Position numbers and translations under genes: made by a program. A DNA stretch of 62,516 nt, from the IMG/VR virus record IMGVR_UViG_3300019889_000015, positions 1-62,516 of that record; one strand, given 5' to 3'. The notes under the pieces are model-generated. The model was not told the DNA's origin. It ran no database searches and saw only the letters and a program-made list of their open reading frames with translations. The stretch comes from a virus. Its lineage: Duplodnaviria > Caudoviricetes. How positions within the stretch are numbered: the first letter of the stretch is position 1; every line of letters begins with the position of its first letter. This document shows positions 1-10,284 of this stretch, in pieces.

Positions 1-153
1 TGTCGCTCGCATTTCCTACGGGTCTGGTCGGATTAGGGGCCTATATCCCTGCCGGGATAGTAGGAATACCTGCTGACCTGCACGTACACCATTTCAACCC
101 CTCCGGCAGGCCCCGCACGGGGCTGCGCTGGCGATCCCGCACGGGAGGTCACC

Positions 154-621
154 ATGGCAGGCTCCGGACCGGCGCCGAAGGACCCGAACAAGCGAGCGCG
201 GAAGAACTCCGACCCGACCCCACTGCGGCTCATCCAGGCCGAGGCTGTTCAGCAGCCTGAGCTGCCCACCTTCGACGTCCAGGTGTCCGAGGACGGCGAG
301 ATCCAGCACGCCGAGTTCAGGTGGCCGGAGCGCACCCTGGCCTGGTGGCGGATGTGGGGCAACTCCCCGCTCTCGGCCGACTTCACCGACAGCGACTGGG
401 ATTTCCTGCTCGACACGGCCATGCTCCACGCCAAGTTCTGGAACGGTGACATGAAGGTCGCCGCCGAGCTGCGGCTGCGCGTCGCCAAGTTCGGCGCCAC
501 CCCCGAGGACCGCGCCAGGTTGCGGATCGTGTTCGTCAGCGCCGACGAGGCCGAGGAGCGTCACAAGGCGCCAACCCGGCCGTCCGCGAGGGAGCGCCGC
601 CGCCCGGCTGCGGGGGCATAG
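154..621 (+). CDS. terS: terminase small subunit
   Basis: GPAPK N-terminus and ELRLRVAKFGATPEDRARLRI motif typical of actinophage TerS; GGGAGG RBS; abuts terL. Confidence 0.85.
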   Translation: MAGSGPAPKDPNKRARKNSDPTPLRLIQAEAVQQPELPTFDVQVSEDGEIQHAEFRWPERTLAWWRMWGNSPLSADFTDSDWDFLLDTAMLHAKFWNGDMKVAAELRLRVAKFGATPEDRARLRIVFVSADEAEERHKAPTRPSARERRRPAAGA

Positions 622-2322
622 ATGCCCTGGAAGCCCCAGTACGAGGGCGACTTCCCGAGCCTCGGGTACTACCTCATCGACTGGATGATCGAGAACCTCG
701 CGGCACCCGCCCGCTACGAGTACGAGCCGTTCGTCCCGTACAAAGAGCAGGAAGACTTCCTGATCAACTTCTACCGAATTGATCCCACAACGGGACGATT
801 CGTGCATGACCGTGGTCTACTCGGTCGCCCGCGTGGCTGGGGCAAGTCGCCGTTCCTGGGGGCTCTGGCCATCGCCGAGGGCCTGGCCGACGTTCTGTTC
901 GACGGCTGGGACGCCAGCGGCCAGCCGGTCGGCCGACCGTGGCGACTGACGTTCACCCCGCTGATCCACATCGCGGCTGTGTCCGAGGAGCAGACCAAGA
1001 ACACCTGGCAGCCCCTCCAGGAGATGATCCGCGAAGGCCCGGTGATCGATAATTACCCCGGCCTCGAACCGATGGACACCTTCATCAACCTCCCCGGCCG
1101 GGGGTCGAAGATCGTCCAGGTCACGTCGTCGGCTCGCACCATCAAGGGCGCGCCGACCAATTTCGCGGTGCTCGACCAGACCGAGGAGTGGGTGCCGTCC
1201 AACGGTGGGCCGGACCTGTCGCAGAACATCCGCACGAACTGCTCGAAGAACGGCGGGCGGACCGTCGAGAGCCCGAACGCCTACATCCCCGGCGAGCTGT
1301 CCGTCGCCGAGAAGTCGGCCGAGACGCAGCAGCTCATCCTTGAAGGCCGAGCGAGGAACGAAGACCTCCTCTACGACCACCGCGAGGCGCCCGCCAATAC
1401 CGACATGAGCGATCGCGAGTCGCTCATCATCGGTCTGCGGCACTCGTACGGGGATTCGTCCGGTCACCCGGACGGCTGCGTGATCCACACTCCACCGTGC
1501 CCGCCCGGACACGTCGACCTGGAAGCCCAGATCTCCCGAATCTGGGACCCGGCCATGGACACCCAGAAGTCCCGGTCGGACTACCTGAACCAGATCACCC
1601 ACGCGAGCGACTCCTGGGTGTCGAAGATCGAATGGGATGCCCGCCACAAGGACATCGCACTCGATGTCCTCGGTAACCCGATCACGGTCGATCCGATCAT
1701 GCCCGGCGACGTCATCACGATGGGCTTCGACGGCTCCCGTGGCCGCGAGCGTGGCAAGGCCGACGCCACCGCGCTGATCGGCGTACGGGTCCATGACGGG
1801 CACTGGTTCGAGATCGGCGTCTGGGAGCAGCCCAAGCTCGCCAAGAACTGGTCACCACCGGTCAGTCTCATCGAAGCCACCGTCGACGAGGCGTTCCGGA
1901 CGTACAAGGTCGTCGGATTTTTCGCCGACCCATCCGGCTGGACCGGTCAGGTTGCGACCTGGGAGGCCCGGTACGGCAAGCGGCTTCGAGTGAAGGCGTC
2001 CCAGGAGCGACCGATCGCCGCCTGGCCCCGTGGCAGGGACGTACGGATGGTCGAGTGGGTGAAGCGCGCCCACGACGCGATCGTCAACGGCGAAATGACG
2101 CACTCCGGCCAGCCGTCTTTGTCCGAGCACGTGCTGAACGCGCGCAAGCGAGCAGTGCCGCAGGGATACCTGCTCTACAAGGCGTACCCGGATTCGCCGC
2201 AGAAGATCGACGCCGCCTACGCGGGAGTGCTGGCGTGGAAAGCACGTCTTGACGCAGTGACCAAGGGCATCGGACGTGCCCGCGAGCCGAAGAAGCCCAA
2301 GGTGCTGGTCATGGCCGACTAA
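622..2322 (+). CDS. terL: terminase large subunit
   Basis: Walker A RPRGWGKS, Walker B-like AVLDQTE, nuclease motifs GFDGS and KIDAA. Confidence 0.95.
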   Translation: MPWKPQYEGDFPSLGYYLIDWMIENLAAPARYEYEPFVPYKEQEDFLINFYRIDPTTGRFVHDRGLLGRPRGWGKSPFLGALAIAEGLADVLFDGWDASGQPVGRPWRLTFTPLIHIAAVSEEQTKNTWQPLQEMIREGPVIDNYPGLEPMDTFINLPGRGSKIVQVTSSARTIKGAPTNFAVLDQTEEWVPSNGGPDLSQNIRTNCSKNGGRTVESPNAYIPGELSVAEKSAETQQLILEGRARNEDLLYDHREAPANTDMSDRESLIIGLRHSYGDSSGHPDGCVIHTPPCPPGHVDLEAQISRIWDPAMDTQKSRSDYLNQITHASDSWVSKIEWDARHKDIALDVLGNPITVDPIMPGDVITMGFDGSRGRERGKADATALIGVRVHDGHWFEIGVWEQPKLAKNWSPPVSLIEATVDEAFRTYKVVGFFADPSGWTGQVATWEARYGKRLRVKASQERPIAAWPRGRDVRMVEWVKRAHDAIVNGEMTHSGQPSLSEHVLNARKRAVPQGYLLYKAYPDSPQKIDAAYAGVLAWKARLDAVTKGIGRAREPKKPKVLVMAD

Positions 2323-2338
2323 GTGGAGGAGGTACGTA

Positions 2339-3814
2339 GTGGCTATCGCTCCCGCGCTCCTCACGCTCAGTGATCTTTCCGACGAGGAGCGGGCCACGCT
2401 CTCCCGGCTGGAGAACCGTCTCCACCAGAAGAAGATCCGCAACGAGCTGCGCTCGAACTATTACGACGGCAAGCACCGCCTGCACAAGCTGGGCATCTCG
2501 ATCCCGCCGCAGATGCAGGACATCGAGACCGTCATCGGCTGGCCCGCCAAGTCCGTCGACGTGCTGGAGCAGCGACTGAACTTCGAGGGCTTCGTACTGC
2601 CCAACCAGTCGGGCCTGCTCGACGACCTGGCGCTCATCGACGCCGAGAACGACATGACCCTGGAGCGGTCCCAGGCCCACGTCTCGGCCCTCACCCACGG
2701 CACCGCCTTCGCCTTCGTCAGCAACGGCGACGTCAACGCGGGCGATCCCACGGTCGTGGTCTCGATCCGCTCGGCCCGCGAGGCGTCGGCGATCTACAAC
2801 CGCCGCACCCGTCGTCTTGACGCCGCCCTGGAGATCGTTCAGGGCCAGCGCGCCAGTGACCGGACCAAGATCCTGTACCTGCCGATCGTCACCATCACCA
2901 TTCGCCGGGACGACAACGGCCGGATCATCATCGAGCGCAGCCCGAACCCGACCGGCCGCGTGGCCTGTGTGCCCATCCGGCACCGGCCGTTCATCGAGCG
3001 TGAGTTCGGCATGTCCCGGATTACCCGGCCGGTCATGTCGCTCACCGACGTCGCCGTCCGCACGATCCTGCGCACCGAGGTCTCGGCCGAGTTCTACAGC
3101 AGCCCCCAGCGGTATCTGCTGGGCGCTGACGAGACCGCCTTCACTGACAAGGACGGCAACGTCAAGACCGGCTGGGAAGCCATCCTCGGCCGCGTGTGGG
3201 CGATCCCGCACGCCGAGCGTGACGACATCACCGACGAGATGCCGCCGCCCATGCAGGTCGGCCAGTTCCCAGCCGCCTCGATGCAGCCGCACACCGACCA
3301 CCTGCGGTCCACGGCGACGATGTTCGCCGGAGAGACCGCGATCCCGGTCAGCTACCTCGGCATCATCCACGACAACCCGGCGTCAGCCGACGCCATCAAC
3401 GCCACCGAGTCGGAGCTGAACAAGGTCGCCGAACGCGACCACCTGAGCTTCGGCGCCGCGTGGATCAACGTGGGCAAGCTCTCGATCATGATGCGGGACA
3501 AGACCGACGTCCTCCCGCCCGAGCTGGTCCGGCTGCGGGACCGCTGGGCGAACCCGGCGACCCCGACCCGTCAGGCTGCTGCTCAATCGGTCATGTCGCT
3601 GGTCTCGACCGGCGTTCTGCTGGCCGACTCGGAGATCACGTGGGAGCAGCTCGGCTACGACCAGTCGACCATCGACCGGCTGAAGCTTGAGCGGCGCATT
3701 CGTGCCGCCGACATCGCCCGTCAGCAGCTCGTGGAGGCCGCTACGGCGGCGAATCCCCGAGCGGCCGAGCTGACCGCCAGGCCACAACCCGTACCGCCTG
3801 AGAACGCCGCCTGA
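2339..3814 (+). CDS. portal protein (SPP1 Gp6-like)
   Basis: Follows terL; YYDGKH and GWPAKSVD motifs; GTG start after GGAGGAGG. Confidence 0.9.
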   Translation: MAIAPALLTLSDLSDEERATLSRLENRLHQKKIRNELRSNYYDGKHRLHKLGISIPPQMQDIETVIGWPAKSVDVLEQRLNFEGFVLPNQSGLLDDLALIDAENDMTLERSQAHVSALTHGTAFAFVSNGDVNAGDPTVVVSIRSAREASAIYNRRTRRLDAALEIVQGQRASDRTKILYLPIVTITIRRDDNGRIIIERSPNPTGRVACVPIRHRPFIEREFGMSRITRPVMSLTDVAVRTILRTEVSAEFYSSPQRYLLGADETAFTDKDGNVKTGWEAILGRVWAIPHAERDDITDEMPPPMQVGQFPAASMQPHTDHLRSTATMFAGETAIPVSYLGIIHDNPASADAINATESELNKVAERDHLSFGAAWINVGKLSIMMRDKTDVLPPELVRLRDRWANPATPTRQAAAQSVMSLVSTGVLLADSEITWEQLGYDQSTIDRLKLERRIRAADIARQQLVEAATAANPRAAELTARPQPVPPENAA

Positions 3815-4533
3815 TGGCTCCCGTCGACGACATGACGACGGAGTTGGAGGCGCTCCGGCTGCTGGCCATCTCCGCTCTCCTGGCCGCGATGCAGGACAGC
3901 GACATGTCGACCCCTTCCGGAGCGTGGCGGACGCTGCGCGAGATATTCATCGACATCACCATCGTCTACGGCGAGCAGGCCGCGATGTCGGCGATCCGGT
4001 ACCTCGAACTGGACCGCTCGCTGGCGGGCGTCGACGCGCCGCCGATCTCGCTGATCAACACCGTCGAGCTGGAACAGATCGAGCGGTCACTGGGCTGGTC
4101 GCTACGACCACTCGACGAAGGTGACCTGCTGCTGGCCGAGCGTCGAATGGCCGGGGCACTCCAGCGCCTGATCGAGCAGCCGAACCGGGAAACGATCTTC
4201 GAGGCCACCGTCCAGGCAAACACTCGATACGCCCGAGTCCCGAGGCCGGGAGCTTGCGCGTTCTGCGTGATGCTCGCCTCCCGTGGCGGCGTCTACGACG
4301 AGCTGACCGTACTACTCACCACCGGCCGGTCGACCGGGACCAGCGGCCGGTCGGCCGGTCTGCATTACCACGACAACTGCCATTGCACGTCCCAGGAGAT
4401 CCGCGAAGGCGAGGAACTCCAACCGGCCAACCAGCGCGCCGAGAAGGCGTGGGAGGCGTTCTCCGAGAGCGTCCGTGGCGCGGTCACCCTGGGCGGCTTC
4501 GAGGCGTACCTGAAAGATCATCCGTTCGAGTAA
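3814..4533 (+). CDS. head maturation / MuF-like minor head protein
   Basis: ACAFCVMLASRG...HDNCHC motif; lies between portal and scaffold. Confidence 0.75.
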   Translation: MAPVDDMTTELEALRLLAISALLAAMQDSDMSTPSGAWRTLREIFIDITIVYGEQAAMSAIRYLELDRSLAGVDAPPISLINTVELEQIERSLGWSLRPLDEGDLLLAERRMAGALQRLIEQPNRETIFEATVQANTRYARVPRPGACAFCVMLASRGGVYDELTVLLTTGRSTGTSGRSAGLHYHDNCHCTSQEIREGEELQPANQRAEKAWEAFSESVRGAVTLGGFEAYLKDHPFE

Positions 4534-4645
4534 GCCGCGGTTCGCCGGCGACGCTCTGACCTGCGCTTATTCATTCTTCCCCGCGCACGCGGGGTCAACC
4601 CCCATGGCCGCACGGCCACCTTCATCCCGCACGGGAGGAATCCGC

Positions 4646-5326
4646 ATGTCCACACTTCCCACTCACCCTCGGACCGGCCGTCGAGCAGTCGGCTGGCGCA
4701 AGCCTCGCCAAGGCGAGATCGGTGCAAAGCCGATCTGGCCCATCGCCGGAGGTTCCGGCGAGGGCGACCCGCCGCCAGCCCCAGCACCGACACCGCCACC
4801 AGTACCGCCGACGCCACCGACTCCTCCCGAGCCGGATGACAAGACGGACTGGAAGTCCGAGGCGCGCAAGTGGGAACAGCGAGCGAAGGACAACAAGGGC
4901 GCAGCCGACGAAGCCGTCGAGCTGAAGGCTCGTCTCGACAAGTTGTCCCCGCTGGAGAAGCTCGCCGAGGCCCTCGCACCGAACGGTGCCAAGGACCCCT
5001 CCGACCTGGAGAAGCTCACCGAGCGGATCTCCAAGCACGAGGACGAGCTGGCCTCGGAGCGCCTCGCGCGCTACCGAGCCGAGGTTGCCAACGAGAAGGG
5101 CCTGCCGTCCCCGCTGGCTGCACGGCTGACCGGGACGACGCGCGAAGAACTCGCGGCCGACGCGGACGAACTACTGAAGCTCCTGCCATCCACGCCCGAA
5201 AAGGGCCAGCGACCCGGCTATGTCGGTGCCTCCGGTACCGGCGAGCACGCCCCCGCAAAGGGGTCTGTCGCTGCTGGTCGAGAGCTGTTCAAAGCAGCGC
5301 GCCCGAAGGCGCCCGCTCAAATCTGA
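4646..5326 (+). CDS. scaffolding protein
   Basis: Pro-rich linker, WKSEARKWEQRAK and LTGTTREELAADAD motifs; GGGAGG RBS. Confidence 0.8.
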   Translation: MSTLPTHPRTGRRAVGWRKPRQGEIGAKPIWPIAGGSGEGDPPPAPAPTPPPVPPTPPTPPEPDDKTDWKSEARKWEQRAKDNKGAADEAVELKARLDKLSPLEKLAEALAPNGAKDPSDLEKLTERISKHEDELASERLARYRAEVANEKGLPSPLAARLTGTTREELAADADELLKLLPSTPEKGQRPGYVGASGTGEHAPAKGSVAAGRELFKAARPKAPAQI

Positions 5327-5343
5327 TCTGAAAGGACCGAACC

Positions 5344-5736
5344 GTGCCTCGTCGTAGGACTGAGAGCTTCGGGGCGGGAGACCAGCGATGGCTGGGATCG
5401 GCGCACGGCATCTGGAACGCCCAGACCGTGACGCTGGACATCTCCGGCTTCACCGAAGGCACGCATTACCCCGATGGAGTCATTCTCTCGGGCACGCCGC
5501 TGGCTCGTATCGCCAGCGGCCTCGCCGTCCCGTACGTCTCGGGCGGCGCTTCAGGAACAGGCGTCCTCTGGGGCTTCCTGTTCACCGACCAGACCGTGAA
5601 CGGCACTGACGACTTCGCCGCCCCGATGCTGGACCACGGTCGCATCAAGACCGAGTTCCTGCCGGTCGGCTTCGTCATCCCGACTGCGGCCAACAACCGG
5701 ACCACCTGTGTGTTCCTGGCGGGGGCTGGTAGCTGA
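5344..5736 (+). CDS. capsid decoration protein (lambda gpD-like position)
   Basis: 130 aa with SGTPLA motif, directly upstream of the major capsid gene. Confidence 0.7.
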   Translation: MPRRRTESFGAGDQRWLGSAHGIWNAQTVTLDISGFTEGTHYPDGVILSGTPLARIASGLAVPYVSGGASGTGVLWGFLFTDQTVNGTDDFAAPMLDHGRIKTEFLPVGFVIPTAANNRTTCVFLAGAGS

Positions 5737-6770
5737 TGGCTCTCTGGACTGAGGCCGTTGATCCGGCCACTCTCACCGGCTACGCGCGTGAGTCGCTCGC
5801 CGCGTACGAGGCCCGTCAGGGCCGCCTGTCCCTGGTACTGCCGAACCGCGAGGTCGCTGACATCGTGGTCCGGTTTGTCGCCGGGCAGAACGGCGGACTC
5901 GTCGACATCGCCTACTGGCGTGCATTCGACGCCGAGCCCGAGATCGGCCAGCGCGACGTGTCGCAGCGCGTCACCATCGAGCTGCCTGCCGTGGGTCGCA
6001 ACGAGCCGATCACCGAGTACGAGCAGCTCCGTGGGCGTAGTGGCGAAGTCACTGCCGAGCTGGCGCTGACGACCATCCAGCGGGCCACTGACCGCACCGT
6101 GCGAGCGATCGCCGATGCGGTGGAGTATCTGCGGGGCATCGTCATCCACACCGGCAAGGCGACGATCGACCAGTACAACTTCAAGTCCGACGACGACTTC
6201 GGTCGAGACGTGGACCACTCGATCACCGCCCCTGTGCTGTGGTCGAACACCGCTGCTGACCGGCTGACCCAGCTCTCCACCTGGTCGCAGGTCGTCACGG
6301 ATGCGACCGGCTCCGAGCCGGGCGCCATCCTCATGTCGACCCGCGCCTTCCGGGCGCTGGCCAACGGCGACCAGTTCCGGACGATCCTCCAGGGCGGCGC
6401 CACCCGGCCCGCCGTGGCCCAGGACGTCCGGGATCTCGTCATCGGCAACGGACTGCCCCCGATCACGCTGTACGACCGCCGCGTGCGGGTCAACGGCGTG
6501 CTCACCAAGGTGCTGCCGGACGACTCGGTGTACCTGCTTCCCGCGATGACGGAAGACTCCGACGGCACCGATCTCGGTGCCACCTTCTGGGGTCGCACGC
6601 TGTCGTCCACGGTGCCCGGATACGGCATCGAGGCGAGCGAGCAGCCCGGCGTCGTGGTCGGTGTGTACCAGCACGACAAGCCCCCGCACGGGCTGGAGGT
6701 CATCGGCGACGCGATCGCGCTGCCGGTGCTCGCCAACCCCGACCTGAGCTTCGTCGCAAAGGTGCTGTGA
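5736..6770 (+). CDS. major capsid protein (lambda gpE-like)
   Basis: 344 aa, position, C-terminal AIALPVLANPD pattern. Confidence 0.88.
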   Translation: MALWTEAVDPATLTGYARESLAAYEARQGRLSLVLPNREVADIVVRFVAGQNGGLVDIAYWRAFDAEPEIGQRDVSQRVTIELPAVGRNEPITEYEQLRGRSGEVTAELALTTIQRATDRTVRAIADAVEYLRGIVIHTGKATIDQYNFKSDDDFGRDVDHSITAPVLWSNTAADRLTQLSTWSQVVTDATGSEPGAILMSTRAFRALANGDQFRTILQGGATRPAVAQDVRDLVIGNGLPPITLYDRRVRVNGVLTKVLPDDSVYLLPAMTEDSDGTDLGATFWGRTLSSTVPGYGIEASEQPGVVVGVYQHDKPPHGLEVIGDAIALPVLANPDLSFVAKVL

Positions 6771-6771
6771 C

Positions 6772-7086
6772 ATGAGCCGCCGCCTCACTGGCCGGTACGT
6801 CCTCCGTAACCCGAACACCTTCCTTGTGGAGTCGTTCGGGCCGGACGACGAGGTACCGGACTGGGCGGCGGACCTCATCACGGACGAGTCGGCCTGGGCT
6901 TCCGAGGACTCCTCGGAGGCCGGGGCCGACCGGCCGGAGACGTCGCCGCCACCGAAGTACGGCAAGGGCTCAACCGCCGAGGCGTGGTTCGACTACGCCA
7001 CCGCCAACGGCATCGAGGTCTCGCAGGAGATGACCCGCAAGGACGTCATCGACGCACTCGACGAGGCCGGTATCCCGACTGAGTGA
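6772..7086 (+). CDS. small head-associated protein
   Basis: FGPDDEVPDWA N-terminal domain and short helical C-terminal domain, often found after actinophage capsid genes. Confidence 0.6.
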   Translation: MSRRLTGRYVLRNPNTFLVESFGPDDEVPDWAADLITDESAWASEDSSEAGADRPETSPPPKYGKGSTAEAWFDYATANGIEVSQEMTRKDVIDALDEAGIPTE

Positions 7087-7100
7087 CCGGAGGTACCGCC

Positions 7101-7514
7101 ATGGCCTGCACTTCCATCGAGGCGGTCCGGTCCCGTTGGCTGGGCAGCGGGGCGATCCCCGACGACGGCGTTATCGCCACGCTCATCGACGACGCCGAGG
7201 ACACGATTCTCGCCGCCGTCCCCGACCTTCAAGACCGACTGGACGACGGTCGAATCCCCCAGGCTCGACTGGACAAGATCGTCGCCCGAATGGTCATCCG
7301 GCACGTACGCAACCCCGAGGGCTACCGGCAGATCCAGGAGACCACCGGCCCGTTCACCCGAGGCTTCACCCACTCCGGTGACGAGCCCGGCGCGGTCTTC
7401 CTCTCCAGCGCCGAGCGGCGAGAACTGCTCGGCTACCGGAGCGGCCGGGCCTTCCAGATCGAGACCATGCCCGATGTCCCGGCGCGGTCCTATGACGCGG
7501 AACGGTACTGCTGA
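7101..7514 (+). CDS. head-to-tail adaptor
   Basis: MVIRHVRNPEGYRQ..ETTGPF motif; GGAGG RBS. Confidence 0.8.
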   Translation: MACTSIEAVRSRWLGSGAIPDDGVIATLIDDAEDTILAAVPDLQDRLDDGRIPQARLDKIVARMVIRHVRNPEGYRQIQETTGPFTRGFTHSGDEPGAVFLSSAERRELLGYRSGRAFQIETMPDVPARSYDAERYC

Positions 7515-7864
7515 TGGTGTACCCGCCCGTCATGGGACCCGTCCGGGTCCTCCGGGTTCCCGGCCGCGACATGCACGGCGACCCGCAACCGGCCGTCGAG
7601 CACGAGCAGCCCGGCTGCGCATGGGCACCACGCTCGGCGATCGAGGACAGCGACCTCCAGAACACGGCCATCACCGGCTACTGGCTGTTCGCGCCGTACG
7701 ACGCGGACCTCCGGTTCACCGACCAGGTGATCATCCCGGAGATCGTCGACGCCGAGGGCGTCCCGGTCGTGTGGCAGATCGAAGGCGAGCCCGGCCGATG
7801 GAAGTCGCCGTGGACGCAGGAGGAGGTCGGGACGCAGATGGCGCTCCGACGCGCCACCGGATAA
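7514..7864 (+). CDS. head-to-tail stopper
   Basis: RDMHGDP and WQIEGEPGRW..PW motifs; position. Confidence 0.75.
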   Translation: MVYPPVMGPVRVLRVPGRDMHGDPQPAVEHEQPGCAWAPRSAIEDSDLQNTAITGYWLFAPYDADLRFTDQVIIPEIVDAEGVPVVWQIEGEPGRWKSPWTQEEVGTQMALRRATG

Positions 7865-7884
7865 CCCCCCCCAGGAGGTCCGTC

Positions 7885-8100
7885 ATGCACGCTCGTCGCT
7901 TCCAGCTCAACCGCCGGGTCGATCACACCGGCCTCTCCGGTACCGGCACCGTCGCTGACGGCATCGAGTGGCCGGACGGAACCGTTGTTCTGCGCTGGCG
8001 CGGCGACCGCAGCTCCACCGTCTACTGGTCCTCGATCGAGGACGTGGAGGCCATCCACGGTCACGACGGCGACACGGCTGTCGAGTGGGTCGACCAGTGA
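7885..8100 (+). CDS. small conserved phage protein
   Basis: AGGAGG RBS; SGTGTVADG.EWPDG...HGH.G motif. Confidence 0.65.
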   Translation: MHARRFQLNRRVDHTGLSGTGTVADGIEWPDGTVVLRWRGDRSSTVYWSSIEDVEAIHGHDGDTAVEWVDQ

Positions 8101-8417
8101 GGTACCAGGAGAACCACTCCGAGATCGGGCGGATGCTCATCGGCCCCGAGATGCACGCGCTCGTGGACCATTTCGCCGCTGCCGGGAAGCTCTACGCCCA
8201 GTCGATCTCCCCACACGGCGAGACCGGCGACTACCGCCGGTCGTTCCGCGTCGAGCGTGGGCTGAACCTCAACGTCACGCTCCGGCCCGGCAAGCGCGCC
8301 GTGGCCCGCCTGCACAACGACTCCGACCACGCGCTGTCGGTCGAGTACGTCATCGAGCGCGACGGCCAGCGCATCCTCACCCGGACCATGGGCTTCATCG
8401 AAGGTTGGCACCCCTGA
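8097..8417 (+). CDS. neck protein (HK97 gp10-like position)
   Basis: GTGA overlap; SP..ETGDYRRSF and HALSVEY motifs. Confidence 0.65.
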   Translation: MRYQENHSEIGRMLIGPEMHALVDHFAAAGKLYAQSISPHGETGDYRRSFRVERGLNLNVTLRPGKRAVARLHNDSDHALSVEYVIERDGQRILTRTMGFIEGWHP

Positions 8418-8803
8418 TGGCTGATCTGCCCCCGTGGCCTGACCCTCACGATCTGCTGGCCGAGCTGCTCGCCGACCTCACCGTGACCGACGTGGTTGGT
8501 CCGCTCCTATATGCCGAGTTCCAGGACGACATGCCGCTGATCCGAGTCCGCAAGGTGGGCGGGACCAACGACAAGATCACCGACTTCCCCCGGATGGCCG
8601 TCGACGTCTACACGGCCACCTACGCGGAGTCCTACGAACTGGCCGAAGCCATCAGGCAACGGCTGATGTCCTACCCGCACATCACCGCGAGTGCCGGTCG
8701 GCTCGACCGCTGTGAGGTCGAGACAAGTCCGTACGAGGTCCCGTGGCCGGACCCGTCGACGAGATATCTCACGGCCACGTACCGGATCAGCACCCGTCGC
8801 TGA
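8417..8803 (+). CDS. tail terminator
   Basis: PLIRVRKVGG...VDVY motif; precedes the major tail gene. Confidence 0.75.
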   Translation: MADLPPWPDPHDLLAELLADLTVTDVVGPLLYAEFQDDMPLIRVRKVGGTNDKITDFPRMAVDVYTATYAESYELAEAIRQRLMSYPHITASAGRLDRCEVETSPYEVPWPDPSTRYLTATYRISTRR

Positions 8804-8875
8804 CGCCACCCCCCTTCCACAACAAGGCCCCGCGTCGCGGGGTTTCACAACCCCGCACAGAAGGGAAGCGTCGTC

Positions 8876-9529
8876 ATGCCTCTGTTCGACGACATCAACG
8901 TTCGCAACAACGACCTCGTGCGCAAGGGCATGGCGGGTGCGGTTTTTGTCGCCGACCTTGCCACTCCTGCGCTCACCGCCATCACCGACACCACTGGCGC
9001 GCTCGTCGTCGTCCCGGCCGGGTGGTCGCCGTTCGGCTGGATCTCCGAAGATGGCGTGGCCTGGCCGCGCGAGACCGAGGTCTCCGAGATCTACGGCTGG
9101 GGCGGCGCCGAGCCGATCCGGTCCGACATTCGGCGAGCCACCAAGCGGATGACCGTCACCGCGTTGGAGACCAGCCGGACAGTGCTGGAGGAGTTCCTTG
9201 GCCAGGATCTTTCGGCCGTCATCACCGCCAGCGGCGGTGAGGGTAGCTTCGACGAGGCGCCCCTGCCGATCTTCCCGTACCGACGCGTGCTGGTCATCGC
9301 GCGAGACACGGCGGCTGGCGGCGAATACTACCGAGGCCAGATGTTCCTCCGGGCCAAGGTGACGGAAACCGCCGAGCAGACCTGGCAGGACTCCGACACG
9401 CCGGTCACCTACCAGATCACGTACACCGCTTTCCAGGATGCCGACGAGGGCACCGCCGTCAGGCACTTCTTCGGTGGCCCCGGCCGCGTGCCCGAGGACG
9501 AGGGCTTCCCGGCCGACCCCGGCTCCTGA
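8876..9529 (+). CDS. major tail protein
   Basis: GWISEDGV, GWG...PIRSDI and FGGPG motifs. Confidence 0.85.
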   Translation: MPLFDDINVRNNDLVRKGMAGAVFVADLATPALTAITDTTGALVVVPAGWSPFGWISEDGVAWPRETEVSEIYGWGGAEPIRSDIRRATKRMTVTALETSRTVLEEFLGQDLSAVITASGGEGSFDEAPLPIFPYRRVLVIARDTAAGGEYYRGQMFLRAKVTETAEQTWQDSDTPVTYQITYTAFQDADEGTAVRHFFGGPGRVPEDEGFPADPGS

Positions 9530-9535
9530 CAGACG

Positions 9536-9580
9536 GCGCGGAGCGAGGCGCCGCTGGGGGGTGGTCGCCTCGCTCCGTGC
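9536..9580 (+). terminator. GC-rich hairpin after the major tail gene
   Basis: gcgcggagcgaggcg / cgcctcgctccgtgc inverted repeat. Confidence 0.5.
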
Positions 9581-9660
9581 TCCAGCCGAAGAATCTCCCG
9601 TCCGATGGAGATTTTGCCGTCAAGGCACCCCCCAAAACTCCCAGAACATAGGAGATTCTC

Positions 9661-9915
9661 ATGCGCGAGCGCACGTTCATGCGGGGCGACAAGACCGTCT
9701 CGACCCGAGTCCCCGCTGCGGCCACGGATCTGATCGCGCGGGGATACCGCGAGATCGAAGTGCCGACACGGCGACCCCGGCCGCTACTCAGCGAGCCCAT
9801 CGAGCCGCCCGTTGAGGCATCCGCAGAGCCCACCCGAACACGTCGGCCACGGCCGAGTAGGACCGCCGACGTGGCCAGTGCGCCCGTCGTGGAGAACGCA
9901 CCCCCCTCTGAGTAG
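9661..9915 (+). CDS. hypothetical protein
   Basis: AGGAGA RBS; fills the gap before the chaperone. Confidence 0.55.
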   Translation: MRERTFMRGDKTVSTRVPAAATDLIARGYREIEVPTRRPRPLLSEPIEPPVEASAEPTRTRRPRPSRTADVASAPVVENAPPSE

Positions 9916-9927
9916 GAAGGCACCCCC

Positions 9928-10284
9928 ATGCCAGCACCACGTCAGCCCCAGGATCGCCGCACGAAGCGGCCCGTCAAGAACCGTTCGGTCGCCATCGATC
10001 TGGACGCCCTGGAGCGCGACGGCGAAATCAAGCCGCCGTTCGAGTTCAGCCACGGCGGCGAGACTTTCATCCTCGCCGACCCCGCCGACCTCGACCTGAA
10101 GGACATCATCGAGATCGGCGACAACCCGTTCGGCAACCCGGCATTGCTCAGCCGACTGATGGCTGACCAGTACGAGGACGTCATCAAGGCCGGGCGGATG
10201 CCGCAGTGGAAGATCGTTCCGCTGATCGACGCCTGGATGAAGCACTACAACATGGAGACGGTTGCAAAACCCGACGCCTCGTAG
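9928..10284 (+). CDS. tail assembly chaperone (G)
   Basis: Position upstream of tape measure; overlapped by a -1-frame ORF. Confidence 0.75.
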   Translation: MPAPRQPQDRRTKRPVKNRSVAIDLDALERDGEIKPPFEFSHGGETFILADPADLDLKDIIEIGDNPFGNPALLSRLMADQYEDVIKAGRMPQWKIVPLIDAWMKHYNMETVAKPDAS